64,000 bases of DNA. Origin: an uncultured Methylomirabilota bacterium. Lineage in GTDB: Bacteria; Methylomirabilota; Methylomirabilia; Methylomirabilales; 2-02-FULL-66-22. A program made the translations under genes and the position numbers. Below, one piece after another: positions 1 through 12,009 of the stretch. Where the stretch lies: NCBI GenBank assembly GCA_963845565.1, contig CAWJSJ010000005.1, forward strand, positions 544,001-608,000. The letters run 5' to 3'. Below the pieces are notes generated by a model, which saw nothing but the letters and a program-made list of their open reading frames with translations, did no database searches and was not told the origin of the DNA. Within the stretch, counting starts at the first letter, position 1, and the number at the start of each line of letters is the position of its first letter.

Positions 1-454
1 GCCGGCGCTTCTTCCCGCCCTCGCGGCCCGCTTGCGCGCGGCGGGCGTGGAGGTCCGGGGGTGCCCTCGCACGCGAAGCCTGGTCCCGGCGGCGGTTCCG
101 GCCACCGAGGAGGACTGGGATACGGAATACCTGGCGCTCACGCTGTCCATCCGGGTGGTGGACTCGTTCGAGGACGCGGTGGTCCACATCGCGCGCCATG
201 GGTCGGGCCTGGCCGAGGCGATCGTGACCGCCGACCATGGGCGCGCCATGCGCTTCCTGCGCGAGGTGGACGCCGGCGCCGTCTTCGTGAACGCCTCCAC
301 CCGCTTCACCGACGGGTACGAGTTCGGCATGGGCGCGGAGATGGGGATCAGCACGCAGAAGCTGCACGCCCGCGGACCCATGGGGCTCCCCGAACTCACC
401 TGTGAGAAGTTCATCGTGCTGGGAGACGGACAGATTCGCGACTCCCGGAAATGA
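1..454 (+). CDS. proA: Gamma-glutamyl phosphate reductase (C-terminal part, 5' end outside window)
   Basis: Motifs [37 protein letters not shown]; proA-nadD synteny. Confidence 0.95.
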   Translation, partial: PALLPALAARLRAAGVEVRGCPRTRSLVPAAVPATEEDWDTEYLALTLSIRVVDSFEDAVVHIARHGSGLAEAIVTADHGRAMRFLREVDAGAVFVNASTRFTDGYEFGMGAEMGISTQKLHARGPMGLPELTCEKFIVLGDGQIRDSRK

Positions 455-503
455 TCCGCCGCGGCGCGCCGGGAGTCGTCCGGCGCGTCGACGAGGAGCG
501 GTC

Positions 504-1196
504 ATGCGCATCGGGATCATGGGCGGCACGTTCGACCCGATCCACCTCGGCCACCTCCGGGCGGCCGAGGAGATCTACTGGGCCTTCAGCCTGGACCGGA
601 TCACCTTCGTGCCGGCAGCGCGCCCGCCGCACAAAGAGGAGGGCGTGGTGGCCTCGGCGCTGCACCGCTACGAGATGGTGTCGCTGGCCACCGTCTTCAC
701 CCCCTACTTCACCGTCTCCCCGATCGAGCTGCAGCGGGAGGGAAAGTCGTACTCCGTCGAGACGGTGCGCGAGTTCCATCGACTCTCCGGCCCGGACACC
801 CACCTCTACTTTGTGGTGGGGGTGGACGCGTTCCTGGAGATGTCCGAGTGGCGCGAAGCCGAGGAGCTCCTCACGCTGACGCAGGTCATCGTCACGGCGC
901 GGCCGGGCTGGCGCCTGGACGAGGTGGAGCGGCTGCTCACGCCGGAACAGCGCCGCCTCTTGGGGCGCCCGACGTTCCGATACTGCAAGGTGAGCGAGGT
1001 CGATCCCGAGCGTATCGAGAAGACGCCGGTCCCGCGGGAAGTGCTCTTGGTGGAGGTGGTCTCGCTGGATATCGCCTCTCGAGAGATCCGGCAGCTCGTC
1101 GAAGAGGGGCGGAGCATCCGCCACCTCGTGCCGGACACCGTGGCAGCGTACATGGCCAAGAACAAACTGTACCAGCGACCGGGGCGCGGCCGCTGA
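504..1196 (+). CDS. nadD: Nicotinate-nucleotide adenylyltransferase
   Basis: MRIGIMGGTFDPIHLGHL (HxGH motif), SYSVET, GVDAF; GAGGAG SD before ATG 504. Confidence 0.95.
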   Translation: MRIGIMGGTFDPIHLGHLRAAEEIYWAFSLDRITFVPAARPPHKEEGVVASALHRYEMVSLATVFTPYFTVSPIELQREGKSYSVETVREFHRLSGPDTHLYFVVGVDAFLEMSEWREAEELLTLTQVIVTARPGWRLDEVERLLTPEQRRLLGRPTFRYCKVSEVDPERIEKTPVPREVLLVEVVSLDIASREIRQLVEEGRSIRHLVPDTVAAYMAKNKLYQRPGRGR

Positions 1197-1247
1197 TCGG
1201 ACCGGCCGACCCGTCCGGGGCGCGGCCGGTCAGGAGGGAGGAGAGCC

Positions 1248-1613
1248 ATCGACTCGACGGAGATTGTCGAACTGGCAGCCGACGCGGCTGCGGCCGTAAA
1301 GCCCAGCTACCTGGCGATCCTGGATTTGCGGGGTCTCTCGAGTTTCACCGACCATTTCCTGATCGCCGGGGCGGACTCGGCGCGCCAGGTGGTGGCGATC
1401 GCCGAGCGCGTGGAGGAGCGGCTGACGCAGGCGAAGGTGCGCATGCTGCACCGTGAAGGCGCGCGCGAGGCGCATTGGATTTTGCTTGACTACCAAGATG
1501 TCGTCGTTCATATTTTCGACGAGCAAACTCGGCAATTCTACGATCTGGAGCGGCTCTGGGGAGACGCGCCAAGACGCGTGATGGTCGGCGGATCTCCTGC
1601 CCGGATCGAATAG
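1248..1613 (+). CDS. rsfS: Ribosome silencing factor (RsfS/Iojap); apparent non-canonical ATC start
   Basis: ILDLRGLSSFTDHFLI, WILLDYQDVVVHIF, RQFYDLERLWGDA; strong SD GGAGGGAGGAG directly before in-frame ATC at 1248. Confidence 0.9.
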   Translation: MDSTEIVELAADAAAAVKPSYLAILDLRGLSSFTDHFLIAGADSARQVVAIAERVEERLTQAKVRMLHREGAREAHWILLDYQDVVVHIFDEQTRQFYDLERLWGDAPRRVMVGGSPARIE

Positions 1614-1888
1614 GAAGATGCCCCGCGGCGGATCCGAACACCGGTTCGGTCTCCGGCGTGGGGATGGGCACAGAGGACCTCGCGAATGCACGGCGTCAGC
1701 CCTGTCTTCGCGAGGATTTGTATTCTGGACTCGCGGACGCGGCGCGTCTCGTGATCTCGCGCCGCGCGTCGAGGGGAGAGGCGGGCCGCGACGCGGTCCA
1801 CGCCCTGCGCCAGGGCCGGGTGGGGCGGCGCGACGATCGGTGACGGTCAGGCGCTCCGCATGCGCGGGCCGTTCGTCCACGGGAGGGA

Positions 1889-2260
1889 ATGAGAATGTCG
1901 CTCAAGGGGGCCAAGATCGAGAAGTTCCGGCAGCGCCTGGTGGCTAAACGAAAAGAACTGCTCAACGGGGTCCGTGGCGCGAACGTGAAAAGCCTGGAGA
2001 GTACCGGAGAGGAGATCCAGGACATCGCGGACCAGGCCAGCAGCGCCTACACGAAGGAATTCCTCCTGGCCATCGGCGATACCGAGCGCCGTCTGTTGAA
2101 GCAGGTGGACGAGGCGCTCTACAAGATCCGCCAGGAGAAATTCGGCCTGTGCGAAGGGTGCGGCGAGATGATCGGCGAGCGCCGGCTCGAGGCATTGCCT
2201 TTCGCCAGGCTCTGCATCGCCTGTCAGGAGGAGGAAGAACGGGCCAAGGCCGAGCGGTGA
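1889..2260 (+). CDS. dksA: DksA/TraR family C4 zinc-finger protein
   Basis: DIADQA coiled-coil tip motif, CEGC...RLEALPFARLCIAC zinc finger. Confidence 0.85.
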   Translation: MRMSLKGAKIEKFRQRLVAKRKELLNGVRGANVKSLESTGEEIQDIADQASSAYTKEFLLAIGDTERRLLKQVDEALYKIRQEKFGLCEGCGEMIGERRLEALPFARLCIACQEEEERAKAER

Positions 2261-4959
2261 TCCTCGTGCGCCGCCGGCGATGTGCGTCGCCGCGCGGTTG
2301 GCCGTCCCTCCCCGCCGGCTGCGCCCCCTGGTCGGCGGGATCGGTTGTCGCCGACCCGTCCGACTGTTTGGATCCTGCGTCCCCATACAGGTGGGTTGCT
2401 CTGGTGTACGCCTCGGCATCGCGTCGCCTCGTATCCCGGTCCTCCCCGCGAGGGGCCCTCGCCTCTGTCGGCCGTCGCGCCCTGGCGATCTTCTGTCTGC
2501 TGTCGGTGCTGCTGGGCGGGGTACTCGTTCCCGTCCTGGCATCTGCCCAGGCGCCGGAGCAGGCCCCCGCGGGTGCCGACACCCTGCGCGAACGGCTGGC
2601 CGCGGGGCAGCGTCTGGTCCGCGATCTTGCCGCCCGTCCCGCCACCGGTCCCATCGTCCTCGGCCTCCTCGTCCTCTGGATCGTGTGGTGGGTCCCACGC
2701 CTCCTCCGGCACGGCGGCGCCGGCGCGCCGCACCGTGGCACGGCACGGCGCCTGGCCCGGCGGGGACACTACCTGGAGGCGGGGCATCTCTACGAGCAAC
2801 TGGGTGACTGGGAGGCCGCCGCCGACGCCTACGAGCGCGGACGAGCCTATCTGGAGGCGGGAAGGATCTGGGAGCACCAGAACCAGCCGGCCAAGGCGGC
2901 CCGGCAGTACGAGCAGGGGAACGAGTCCTTCCGGGCGGGCGAGATGTACGCGCGTGCCGGCAACCACCTGCGGGCGGCGACCCTCTACCAGAAAGGGGGG
3001 CACGACGTCAAGGCGGCCGAATCCGCCGAGCGGGCCGGAGATCTGGAGCGGGCCGCGACGCTGTATGTCAAGGTCGACGCGTTCGATCGCGCCGGCGACC
3101 TGCGTTTCCAGATGCGGGAGTATGGCCACGCGGCCGAGCTCCTCGAGCGAGCGCTGGGCCGCCAGCGGCGGGTGCCGTCGGAATCCGAGCCGTCGGCCGT
3201 CGCCGCCCGGGCGTTGGCGCGGCGCTGCGCGGAGGCGTTCGTCAAGGCCGGCCAGCCCGCCAAGGCGGGCGCCATCCTGAAGGACCACGGCATGGAGGTG
3301 GAGGCGGCGGAGCAGTATTGCCAGGCCGGGGAGTGGGAGACCGGACTGGGCCTCCTGGTGCGCCATCAGCGCTTCGACCAAGCGGCGCGACTCTGCCGAG
3401 AGCTGGGCCGGGAGGCGGAACTGCGCATCGTGCAGGGGGAGCGGTACCTGGCCGAAGGGCGCGAGGCGGACGCGGCCCCGGAGTTCGAGGCGGGCGGGCT
3501 CTGGTGGCGCGCCGGCGAGATGTATCAGCGCGTTCGCGAGCACGCCAAAGCCGCCGAGATGTACGCGCGGCACGGCGACGAGGAGCGCGCCGCCGAGATG
3601 TACGCGGCGGCGGGCCAGCCGCGGTCCGCGGCCGTCTCGCTGGAGCGGCTGGGGAAGCGCCCCGAGGCGGCGCAGTACTACCAGCAGGCGGGAGACCACC
3701 GGGAGGCCGCCCGGGTCCTGCAGGAGATCGGGGATTTCTTCGGGGCGGCTCGGGAGTTGCTCGCCGCCGGCGTCGGCGAAGACGCCATGGCGCTCCTCCA
3801 GCAGGTCGAGCCGGAGTCGGAGCGGTATTTCGAGGCCACCGTCCTCCTGGGCGACCTCTTCCTGGAGCGGAACCTGGACGGGCCCGCCCGGGAGAAGTAC
3901 GAGCGAGCCGTGGCGCTGCGGCCAAGCGGGCCGGAGTCCGTCTACCCCGCCTACCAACTGGCTCGGATCCAGGAGCGGCAGGGTAATCTCCAGGAGGCGC
4001 TCCGGCTGTACGAGAAGGTGGTGGCCGAGCAGTTCGATTACCGGGATGTGCAGGAGCGGGTATCGGACCTCTGGGATCGTCTGGCGGCGACGACGCAGAT
4101 CGTCGGCGTCCGCGAGGTCACCCCGCAGAACGTGCCCTCGCGCTACCGCATCCTGCGGGAGGTCGGGCGGGGCGGCATGGGGATCGTGTACCAGGCCGAG
4201 GACGCGGTCCTGCAGCGTCCGGTGGCCTACAAGGTTCTTCCCGACGCAGTCCGGGAGGACCCCCGGGCGCTGGAGGATTTCCTGCGCGAGGCGCGCATCG
4301 CCGCCTCGCTGCACCACCCCAACATCGTGACCATCTACGACGCGGGGCAGGCGGCCGATGCGGTGTACATTGCCATGGAGTACGTGGAAGGCCGTTCGCT
4401 GCAGGACGTCCTGGACGAGATGCAGATCCTGCCCCTCTCTCGGGCCCTGGATATCTTCCGGCAAGCCTGTCGCAGCCTGATTCACGCCCACCGGCAGCGG
4501 ATCGTCCACCGGGACGTGAAGCCGGCCAACATCATGGTGACCCGCGACGGCGTCGTGAAGCTGATGGACTTCGGGTTGGCGGCGGTGGTCTCCCACGCCA
4601 GCGCCAAGGTGACCTCGGTGCGCGGCACCCCGTTCTACATGGCGCCGGAGCAGATCACCGGGGAGGCGATCTCGGCCCTCTCCGACCAGTATGCGCTGGG
4701 GTGCACGCTCTATCACATGGTGGCGGGCCGGCCGCCCTTCGTCGAAGGCGACGTGCTGTATCACCACATCCACACCGAGCCCACCTCGCCGCGGCAGTGG
4801 AATCCCAAGATCCCGGTGTGGCTGGATGCCATCATTCTGCGCACCATGGTCAAGCTTCCCGCCAAGCGGTTCCCGTCGGTTGAAGTCCTCCTGCGCGAAT
4901 TCGAGCAGTGCCTGGCCGACCCAGGCGTGACGCGGGTTCTCGGGGATGTCGCCGGCTGA
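2257..4959 (+). CDS. Membrane-associated TPR-like repeat Ser/Thr protein kinase (start uncertain)
   Basis: Two N-terminal hydrophobic stretches, many helical A..Y..AG repeats, C-terminal Hanks kinase motifs GRGGMG, VAYK, HRDVKPAN, DFG, GTPFYMAPE. Confidence 0.85.
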   Translation: MILVRRRRCASPRGWPSLPAGCAPWSAGSVVADPSDCLDPASPYRWVALVYASASRRLVSRSSPRGALASVGRRALAIFCLLSVLLGGVLVPVLASAQAPEQAPAGADTLRERLAAGQRLVRDLAARPATGPIVLGLLVLWIVWWVPRLLRHGGAGAPHRGTARRLARRGHYLEAGHLYEQLGDWEAAADAYERGRAYLEAGRIWEHQNQPAKAARQYEQGNESFRAGEMYARAGNHLRAATLYQKGGHDVKAAESAERAGDLERAATLYVKVDAFDRAGDLRFQMREYGHAAELLERALGRQRRVPSESEPSAVAARALARRCAEAFVKAGQPAKAGAILKDHGMEVEAAEQYCQAGEWETGLGLLVRHQRFDQAARLCRELGREAELRIVQGERYLAEGREADAAPEFEAGGLWWRAGEMYQRVREHAKAAEMYARHGDEERAAEMYAAAGQPRSAAVSLERLGKRPEAAQYYQQAGDHREAARVLQEIGDFFGAARELLAAGVGEDAMALLQQVEPESERYFEATVLLGDLFLERNLDGPAREKYERAVALRPSGPESVYPAYQLARIQERQGNLQEALRLYEKVVAEQFDYRDVQERVSDLWDRLAATTQIVGVREVTPQNVPSRYRILREVGRGGMGIVYQAEDAVLQRPVAYKVLPDAVREDPRALEDFLREARIAASLHHPNIVTIYDAGQAADAVYIAMEYVEGRSLQDVLDEMQILPLSRALDIFRQACRSLIHAHRQRIVHRDVKPANIMVTRDGVVKLMDFGLAAVVSHASAKVTSVRGTPFYMAPEQITGEAISALSDQYALGCTLYHMVAGRPPFVEGDVLYHHIHTEPTSPRQWNPKIPVWLDAIILRTMVKLPAKRFPSVEVLLREFEQCLADPGVTRVLGDVAG

Positions 4960-5719
4960 GCGTCCCCGGTCCCGGCTGGCGCCCCGGGACGTCGCGGCCG
5001 GATTCCTGCATCTGATCTTCCCCACACCCTGCCATGTCTGCCGGCGCCCGTTGAATCTTGGGTGGCACGGCGCGCTCTGCGGGGCGTGCTGGGCGGCCCT
5101 CGAACGCATGCCCCCGGCCGGCTGTTCCCGCTGTGGCTGGCCGTTTCCCGCCGCCGCGGGCGGCCACGGAGCGGCGCAGCCGCTCTGTCAGCGCTGTCGC
5201 GAGACGCCCGACGAGTTCTCGGTCGCTCGGGCGGCGCTCCGGTACCGAGACGGCGGGGTTGCCCGGGCGGCAATCCTGCTCGGCAAGCACGGCGGCCACC
5301 TTGGGGTGTTGCGCCACCTGGCTCGCCTCCTGGCCGAGGAGGCGCCCGCGCTGCTGCCCCTCGGCGACTGGGATGGGTTGGTGCCGGTGCCGCTCCACTG
5401 GTCCCGTCGCTGGCGGCGCGGGTTCAATCAGGCCGAGGTGCTCGCCCGGGTGGTCGGCCGGCGCCACGGCGTGTCGGTGGAGCGGCGCCTGCTGGTCCGG
5501 GTCCGGGCCACGCCGCCGCAGCAGGGGGATGCGGGGTCGCGCCGGCGGAACGTCCGGGACGCCTTCGCCGTGCGTCGCGCCGAGCGGTGCGCCGGCAGGC
5601 GCGTGCTCCTGATCGACGATGTCTTCACGACCGGCGCGACGGTCAACGCCTGCGCCGCGGCCCTGCGCGCGGCGGGCGTTGCCGCCGTGGGCGTCCTCAC
5701 CCTGGCGCGGGTGGAGTGA
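4946..5719 (+). CDS. comF: ComF family protein (zinc ribbon + PRTase domain)
   Basis: Four CxxC pairs, VPVPLH, RGFNQA, VLLIDDVFTTGAT. Confidence 0.9.
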   Translation: MSPAERPRSRLAPRDVAAGFLHLIFPTPCHVCRRPLNLGWHGALCGACWAALERMPPAGCSRCGWPFPAAAGGHGAAQPLCQRCRETPDEFSVARAALRYRDGGVARAAILLGKHGGHLGVLRHLARLLAEEAPALLPLGDWDGLVPVPLHWSRRWRRGFNQAEVLARVVGRRHGVSVERRLLVRVRATPPQQGDAGSRRRNVRDAFAVRRAERCAGRRVLLIDDVFTTGATVNACAAALRAAGVAAVGVLTLARVE

Positions 5720-5741
5720 GACGAGGCGGGGCGGATAACCT

Positions 5742-6850
<1,109 letters not shown>

Positions 6851-6883
6851 GGGCGGCTCTTCCGGATCCTCCGAGGTGACGAG

Positions 6884-8074
6884 ATGGCGAAGCTCGCGGT
6901 TGCCGATCTGGATCTGGCGGGGAAGCGCGTGCTGGTGCGCGTGGACTTCAACGTCCCGCTCGACGACCGGCAGCAGGTGACGGACGATACCCGCATCCGA
7001 GCGGCCCTCCCCACCATCCGGTACGCGCTGGATCACGGGGCCAAGGTGCTCCTGCTCTCGCACCTGGGGCGGCCGAAGGGAAAGGTCGTGCCCGCCATGA
7101 GCGTGGCACCGGCCGCCCGCCGCCTGTCCGAGTTGCTGGGGCGGCCGGTCGCCATGGCGTCGGATTGCATCGGCGCCGTCGCCGAGGCCGCTGTGGCGGC
7201 GCTCGCCCCGGGTCAGGTGCTGATGCTGGAGAATTGTCGGTTCCATGCCGGCGACGAGAAGAACGACGAAGCCATGAGTCGGGCGCTGGCCGCGCTGTGC
7301 GACGTCTTCGTCAACGATGCGTTCGGTGCGGCGCACCGGGCGCACGCGTCGACGGTGGGCGTGACGCGGTTCGTGCCGGTGTCGGCGGCCGGGTTCCTGA
7401 TGGCCAAGGAGTTGGAATACCTCGGGCGCGCCCTGACCAACCCGGCGCGACCCTTCGTGGCGATCCTGGGCGGGGCCAAGGTGTCGGATAAGATCGGCGT
7501 CCTCAAGCACCTGGTCGGCAAGGTGGACGCGCTCCTGGTGGGCGGCGGCATGGCCTACACCTTCCTCAAGGCTCAGGGCATGGAGATCGGCGCGTCGCTG
7601 CTGGAGGCGGACAAGGTCGAGGTGGCCCGGGAGGTGCTCGACGTTGCGCGGAGCAACAAGGTGACCTTCCTGCTCCCCATGGATCACGTCATCGCGCAGA
7701 CGGTGGCGGCGGATGCCGAGACGCGCCTGGCCGACAGCACCGCCATCCCGGCGGGGTGGATGGGGCTGGACATCGGCCCCACGGCGCGCCAGGCCTTCGG
7801 GACGGCGATCCGCGGCGCCAAGACGGTGGTCTGGAACGGGCCGATGGGCGTGTTCGAGTTGGCGCCCTTCCGCGAGGGCACCTTCGCGGTGGCCCGCGCC
7901 ATCGCCGACAGCGGCGCGACCTCCATCGTCGGCGGCGGGGACTCGGTGGCCGCCGTCACCCAGGCAGGTCTGGCCGACCGGATGACCCACATCTCCACGG
8001 GGGGTGGGGCGTCCTTGGAGTTTCTGGAAGGGATCACGCTGCCGGGTGTGGCGGCGTTGACCGACAGGAATTGA
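6884..8074 (+). CDS. pgk: Phosphoglycerate kinase
   Basis: [39 protein letters not shown]. Confidence 0.98.
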   Translation: MAKLAVADLDLAGKRVLVRVDFNVPLDDRQQVTDDTRIRAALPTIRYALDHGAKVLLLSHLGRPKGKVVPAMSVAPAARRLSELLGRPVAMASDCIGAVAEAAVAALAPGQVLMLENCRFHAGDEKNDEAMSRALAALCDVFVNDAFGAAHRAHASTVGVTRFVPVSAAGFLMAKELEYLGRALTNPARPFVAILGGAKVSDKIGVLKHLVGKVDALLVGGGMAYTFLKAQGMEIGASLLEADKVEVAREVLDVARSNKVTFLLPMDHVIAQTVAADAETRLADSTAIPAGWMGLDIGPTARQAFGTAIRGAKTVVWNGPMGVFELAPFREGTFAVARAIADSGATSIVGGGDSVAAVTQAGLADRMTHISTGGGASLEFLEGITLPGVAALTDRN

Positions 8075-8191
8075 CGGGAATTGACTGGTCAATTCGTCGA
8101 TGGGTCGAATCGTTAACTGGCAAGAGCGTCCCACGGCTCGTTTCCGAGCAGGTAGCCAGTTGACCAATCGACGAGTTGACGGATCGACGAA
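8071..8191. repeat. Imperfect palindrome built from ~8-nt units (TTGACnnn/TCGACGAG type)
   Basis: Left arm ...GTTAACTGGC pairs with right arm GCCAGTTGAC...; repeated TTGAC/TCGAC units; overlaps pgk stop. Confidence 0.6.
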
Positions 8192-8206
8192 GAGACAGGA
8201 GCGGAA

Positions 8207-8956
8207 ATGCGAACGCCGGTGATGGCAGGCAACTGGAAGATGTACAAGACAGCTCGGCAGGCGGCGGAGACCATCCGCAGCCTGGCGGAGGCGGTGAAGG
8301 GCGTACCGGGGGTGGAGGTGGTGATCTGTCCGCCCTTCACGGCGCTCTCGGCGGCGGTGGAGGCGGCCGAGGGGTCGCCCGTGGCGATCGGCGCCCAGGA
8401 CTGTTACTGGGAGAAGGAAGGCGCGTTCACCGGCGAGGTGGCCGTGCCCATGATCGCCGACCTGGGCTGCAGTCACTGCATCGTCGGCCACTCGGAGCGC
8501 CGGCAGTTCTTCGGCGAGACCGACGCGACGGTGGACAAGAAAGTCGCGGCGGTCCTCGGCGCCGGCCTCACCTGCATCGCCTGCGTGGGTGAGACGCTCC
8601 AGGAGCGGGAGGCGGGCCAGACCTTTGCCGTGTTGGAGCGGCAGGTGCGGAACGGCCTGACGCGGCACCTCGCGTCGCCGCGGCTGATCGTCGCCTACGA
8701 ACCGGTCTGGGCCATCGGGACCGGAAAGACGGCCAGCCCGGCGCAGGCCCAGGAGGCCCATGCCTTCATTCGCCAGGTGGCCGCCCAGGCCGCCAGCCCG
8801 GCGGCGGCCCAGGCGGTGCGCATCCTGTACGGGGGGAGCGTCAAGCCGGACAACGTCGCTCAACTGATGGCGCAGCCGGACGTGGACGGCGGCCTGGTCG
8901 GCGGCGCCAGCCTGGACGCGGCCTCGTTCGCCAAGATCGTCCGATTTCGCGGGTAG
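8207..8956 (+). CDS. tpiA: Triosephosphate isomerase
   Basis: AGNWKM, GHSERR, AYEPVWAIGTG, YGGSVKP, LVGGASL. Confidence 0.98.
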   Translation: MRTPVMAGNWKMYKTARQAAETIRSLAEAVKGVPGVEVVICPPFTALSAAVEAAEGSPVAIGAQDCYWEKEGAFTGEVAVPMIADLGCSHCIVGHSERRQFFGETDATVDKKVAAVLGAGLTCIACVGETLQEREAGQTFAVLERQVRNGLTRHLASPRLIVAYEPVWAIGTGKTASPAQAQEAHAFIRQVAAQAASPAAAQAVRILYGGSVKPDNVAQLMAQPDVDGGLVGGASLDAASFAKIVRFRG

Positions 8957-9005
8957 TCCCGGCGGCGGCGTGGTCCGCCGCGCGTGTCTTTGATGGGGAG
9001 GTTGC

Positions 9006-9353
9006 ATGTACATCGCATTGTCTATCGTCCACGTCCTGATCGCATCCGGTCTGATTCTGTTGGTCCTCCTGCAAAGCGGCAAGGGAGCGGACATCGGAGC
9101 CGCGTTCGGCGGCGGCTCCAGCCAGACCGTCTTCGGCGGGCGCGGCGCGGCCACGTTCTTGTCGAAGGCCACCACCGTCATGGCCGTCCTCTTCATGGTG
9201 ATGTCGATCGCGCTCACGCTGCTGGCCTCGCAGCGGGGCGGGACGACCGTGGTTCCCGAGGAGCGCCCGAAGCCCGCCTCTTCGGCCCCGGCCCCGGCCG
9301 TCCCGGCGCCCCAGAGTCCGGCCCCGGCCGCGCCGCCCGCCCCGGCAAAATGA
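9006..9353 (+). CDS. secG: Preprotein translocase subunit SecG
   Basis: [25 protein letters not shown], two TM segments; follows tpiA. Confidence 0.95.
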   Translation: MYIALSIVHVLIASGLILLVLLQSGKGADIGAAFGGGSSQTVFGGRGAATFLSKATTVMAVLFMVMSIALTLLASQRGGTTVVPEERPKPASSAPAPAVPAPQSPAPAAPPAPAK

Positions 9354-11011
9354 CCCCCGCCGCACGCCGTCCGCGGTCGGGATGGGTCCCGATCGTCGCG
9401 GCGCTCCTCGCCGTGACAGCGCTCGGCGCCTGCGGCCGGTCCGAGGCGCCCGCCCGACCCCTCGCCGCCGAGGGGGGGCCGGCCTACGGCGACACGCTGG
9501 TGGAAGCCTCCATCGGCGACATCAGCGGCCTCATTCCGAATATCACCAGCGACTCCGCCTCTCACGAGATCGGCAACCTGATCTACTCCAACCTCGTCCG
9601 CACCGACAAGACGCTCGCTCCCGAGGGGGAGCTGGCGGAGCGCTGGGAGATCTCGAAGGACGAGATGACCATCACGTTTTATCTGCGGCACGGGGCGAAG
9701 TGGCACGACGGGGAGGAGGTCACGGCGGAGGACGTCGACTTCACGTACCGCTACATGATCGATCCGAAGACCCCCACGGCGTACGCGGAGCCGTTCCGGC
9801 AGGTGCTGCGCGCCGAGGTCGTGGACCGGTATACGTTCCGGGTCACCTACGACCAGCCCTACGCGCCCGCCCTCCTCTCGTGGGGGATCTGGATCCTGCC
9901 GCGGCACATCCTGGAGCCCGCCTGGAAAGCGGGCGTGGACCTGCGCACGACCCGCCAGAACCGGTTTCCCATCGGCAGCGGTCCGTATCGGTTCGGCGAG
10001 TGGAAGACGGGGGAGAAGATCGTGCTGGAGGCGAACCCCGACTACTTCGAGGGCCGCCCGTATCTCCAGCGGGTCGTGTACCGGATCATCCCGGACCAGT
10101 CCACCATCTTCTTGGAGCTCAAGGCGCAGAACATCGACATGGCCAACCTGACGCCCATTCAGTACCGGCGTCAGACGGAATATCCGGCGTTCCAGAAGGC
10201 GTTTCACCGCTATCGGTACCTCGCCAACGGGTACGCCTACCTGGGGTTCAACCTGCGGGACGCGCGCTTTCAGGACAAGCGCGTCCGGCAGGCCATCGCC
10301 CATGCCATCAACAAACAAGAGCTCATCGAGGGAGTCTTGCTGGGTCTGGGCCGTCCGGCGGTCGGTCCCTACAAGCCGGGGACGTGGTGGTACAAAGACG
10401 ACGTGAAGACCTTCCCCTTCGATCCCGAGCGGGCCAAGGCCCTCCTGGCCGAAGTCGGCTGGAAGCCGAACAGCCGGGGGCTCCTCGAAAAGGACGGGAA
10501 ACCGTTCAGCTTCACCATCCGCACGAACCAGGGGAACGCGGTGCGGCAGCAGACGGCGGAGATCATCCAGCGGCGGCTGGGCGCCATCGGGATCGACGTC
10601 AAGATCCACGTGGTGGAGTGGGCGGCGTTTCTGAACACGTTCATTCGCAAGAGGGACTTCGAGGCCATCATCCTGGGGTGGGGGCTGGGGCAGGATCCGG
10701 ATCAGTACGAGATCTGGCATTCCAGCAAGACCGGCCCCGAGGACCTGAACCACATCTCGTATCAGAACCCCAAAGTGGACGAGTTGCTCGAGGCGGGGCG
10801 GCGGACGTTCGACCGGGAAAAACGCAAGGCGATTTACGGCGCGTTCCAGGACATCCTCGCCGAGGAACAGCCCCTGATCTTCCTGTACGTCCCGGACGCC
10901 TTGCCGGTGGTCGCCGCCCGGGTGCGGGGGATCGAGCCGGCCCCGGCGGGGATCATGCACAACTTCATCAAGTGGTACGTCCCGACGTCTTTGCAACGCT
11001 ACACACGCTGA
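9350..11011 (+). CDS. Peptide ABC transporter substrate-binding lipoprotein (family 5, AppA/OppA-like)
   Basis: Lipobox [29 protein letters not shown]. Confidence 0.9.
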   Translation: MTPAARRPRSGWVPIVAALLAVTALGACGRSEAPARPLAAEGGPAYGDTLVEASIGDISGLIPNITSDSASHEIGNLIYSNLVRTDKTLAPEGELAERWEISKDEMTITFYLRHGAKWHDGEEVTAEDVDFTYRYMIDPKTPTAYAEPFRQVLRAEVVDRYTFRVTYDQPYAPALLSWGIWILPRHILEPAWKAGVDLRTTRQNRFPIGSGPYRFGEWKTGEKIVLEANPDYFEGRPYLQRVVYRIIPDQSTIFLELKAQNIDMANLTPIQYRRQTEYPAFQKAFHRYRYLANGYAYLGFNLRDARFQDKRVRQAIAHAINKQELIEGVLLGLGRPAVGPYKPGTWWYKDDVKTFPFDPERAKALLAEVGWKPNSRGLLEKDGKPFSFTIRTNQGNAVRQQTAEIIQRRLGAIGIDVKIHVVEWAAFLNTFIRKRDFEAIILGWGLGQDPDQYEIWHSSKTGPEDLNHISYQNPKVDELLEAGRRTFDREKRKAIYGAFQDILAEEQPLIFLYVPDALPVVAARVRGIEPAPAGIMHNFIKWYVPTSLQRYTR

Positions 11012-11018
11012 GGTCCCC

Positions 11019-12008
11019 GTGCTTGGTTATCTCGTCCGGCGGCTGCTGATCTCGATTCCGCTCCTGGTGGGCATTCTGTGCCTGTCCTTCGTAATGCTGA
11101 AGCTGGCGCCGGGGGAGCCCGGTGTCGTTCAGCAGGACCTCCAGGCGCGGGCCAGCGGGGCCCAACGCGAGACGCTGCGGCAGCTCTATGGCCTGGACCA
11201 GCCCATCCACGTGCAGTTCGGCCGCTGGCTCTGGCGCGTGGCGCGCCTGGACTTCGGCCGGTCCTACAGCCCGGACGGGCGACTCGTGTTGGAGAAGATC
11301 GCCGAGCGGATGCCCATCACGCTGGGACTGAATCTGCTCGAGACCGTCATCGTGTTCGCACTCGCCGTGCCGTTGGGAATCCTGTCGGCCACCCGCCAGT
11401 ACTCCTTCTTCGATAAGGCGATGACCGTCTTCGTGTTCGTCGGGTTCGCGACGCCGGACTTCTGGCTGGCACTGCTGCTCATGATCCTGTTCGGCGTCCA
11501 GCTGGGGTGGCTGCCGATCTCCGGCCTCCGCTCGCTCAATTTCGAATACCTGCCATTCTGGGCGCAGGTCTGGGATATCGTCTCGCATCTCCTCCTGCCC
11601 CTGCTGGTCGCCTCCATCGGCGGGCTGGCGGGTCTGTCTCGCTACATGCGGGGGAGCCTGCTGGAGGTGATCCGCCAGGACTACATCCGGACGGCGCGCG
11701 CCAAGGGTCTGCCGGAGCGGGCGGTCATCTACAAGCACGGGGTGCGGAACGCCGTCATCCCCGTGGTCACACTGTTCGGCCTGATGCTGCCGGGGTTGCT
11801 GGGCGGCAGCGTCATCATCGAGACCGTCTTCGGCATTCCGGGCATGGGCCAGCTCTTCTACCAGAGCGCCTTCTCGCGCGACGAGCCGGTCCTGATGGCC
11901 CTGATCGTGATCGGGGCCAGTCTGTCCCTGCTCGGCAACATCGTGGCGGACGTGTCGTACGCCCTGGTGGATCCCCGCATTCGCGTGTCCGCGCGACGGG
12001 AGGGGTGA
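11019..12008 (+). CDS. Peptide ABC transporter permease (OppB/DppB-like)
   Basis: YGLDQP, DYIRTARAKGL, DPRIR. Confidence 0.92.
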   Translation: MLGYLVRRLLISIPLLVGILCLSFVMLKLAPGEPGVVQQDLQARASGAQRETLRQLYGLDQPIHVQFGRWLWRVARLDFGRSYSPDGRLVLEKIAERMPITLGLNLLETVIVFALAVPLGILSATRQYSFFDKAMTVFVFVGFATPDFWLALLLMILFGVQLGWLPISGLRSLNFEYLPFWAQVWDIVSHLLLPLLVASIGGLAGLSRYMRGSLLEVIRQDYIRTARAKGLPERAVIYKHGVRNAVIPVVTLFGLMLPGLLGGSVIIETVFGIPGMGQLFYQSAFSRDEPVLMALIVIGASLSLLGNIVADVSYALVDPRIRVSARREG

Positions 12009-12009
12009 G

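Noticed and set aside
1658..1843. Small ORF between rsfS and dksA
   Set aside because: No recognisable motif (not RlmH) and only a weak SD; cannot be supported.
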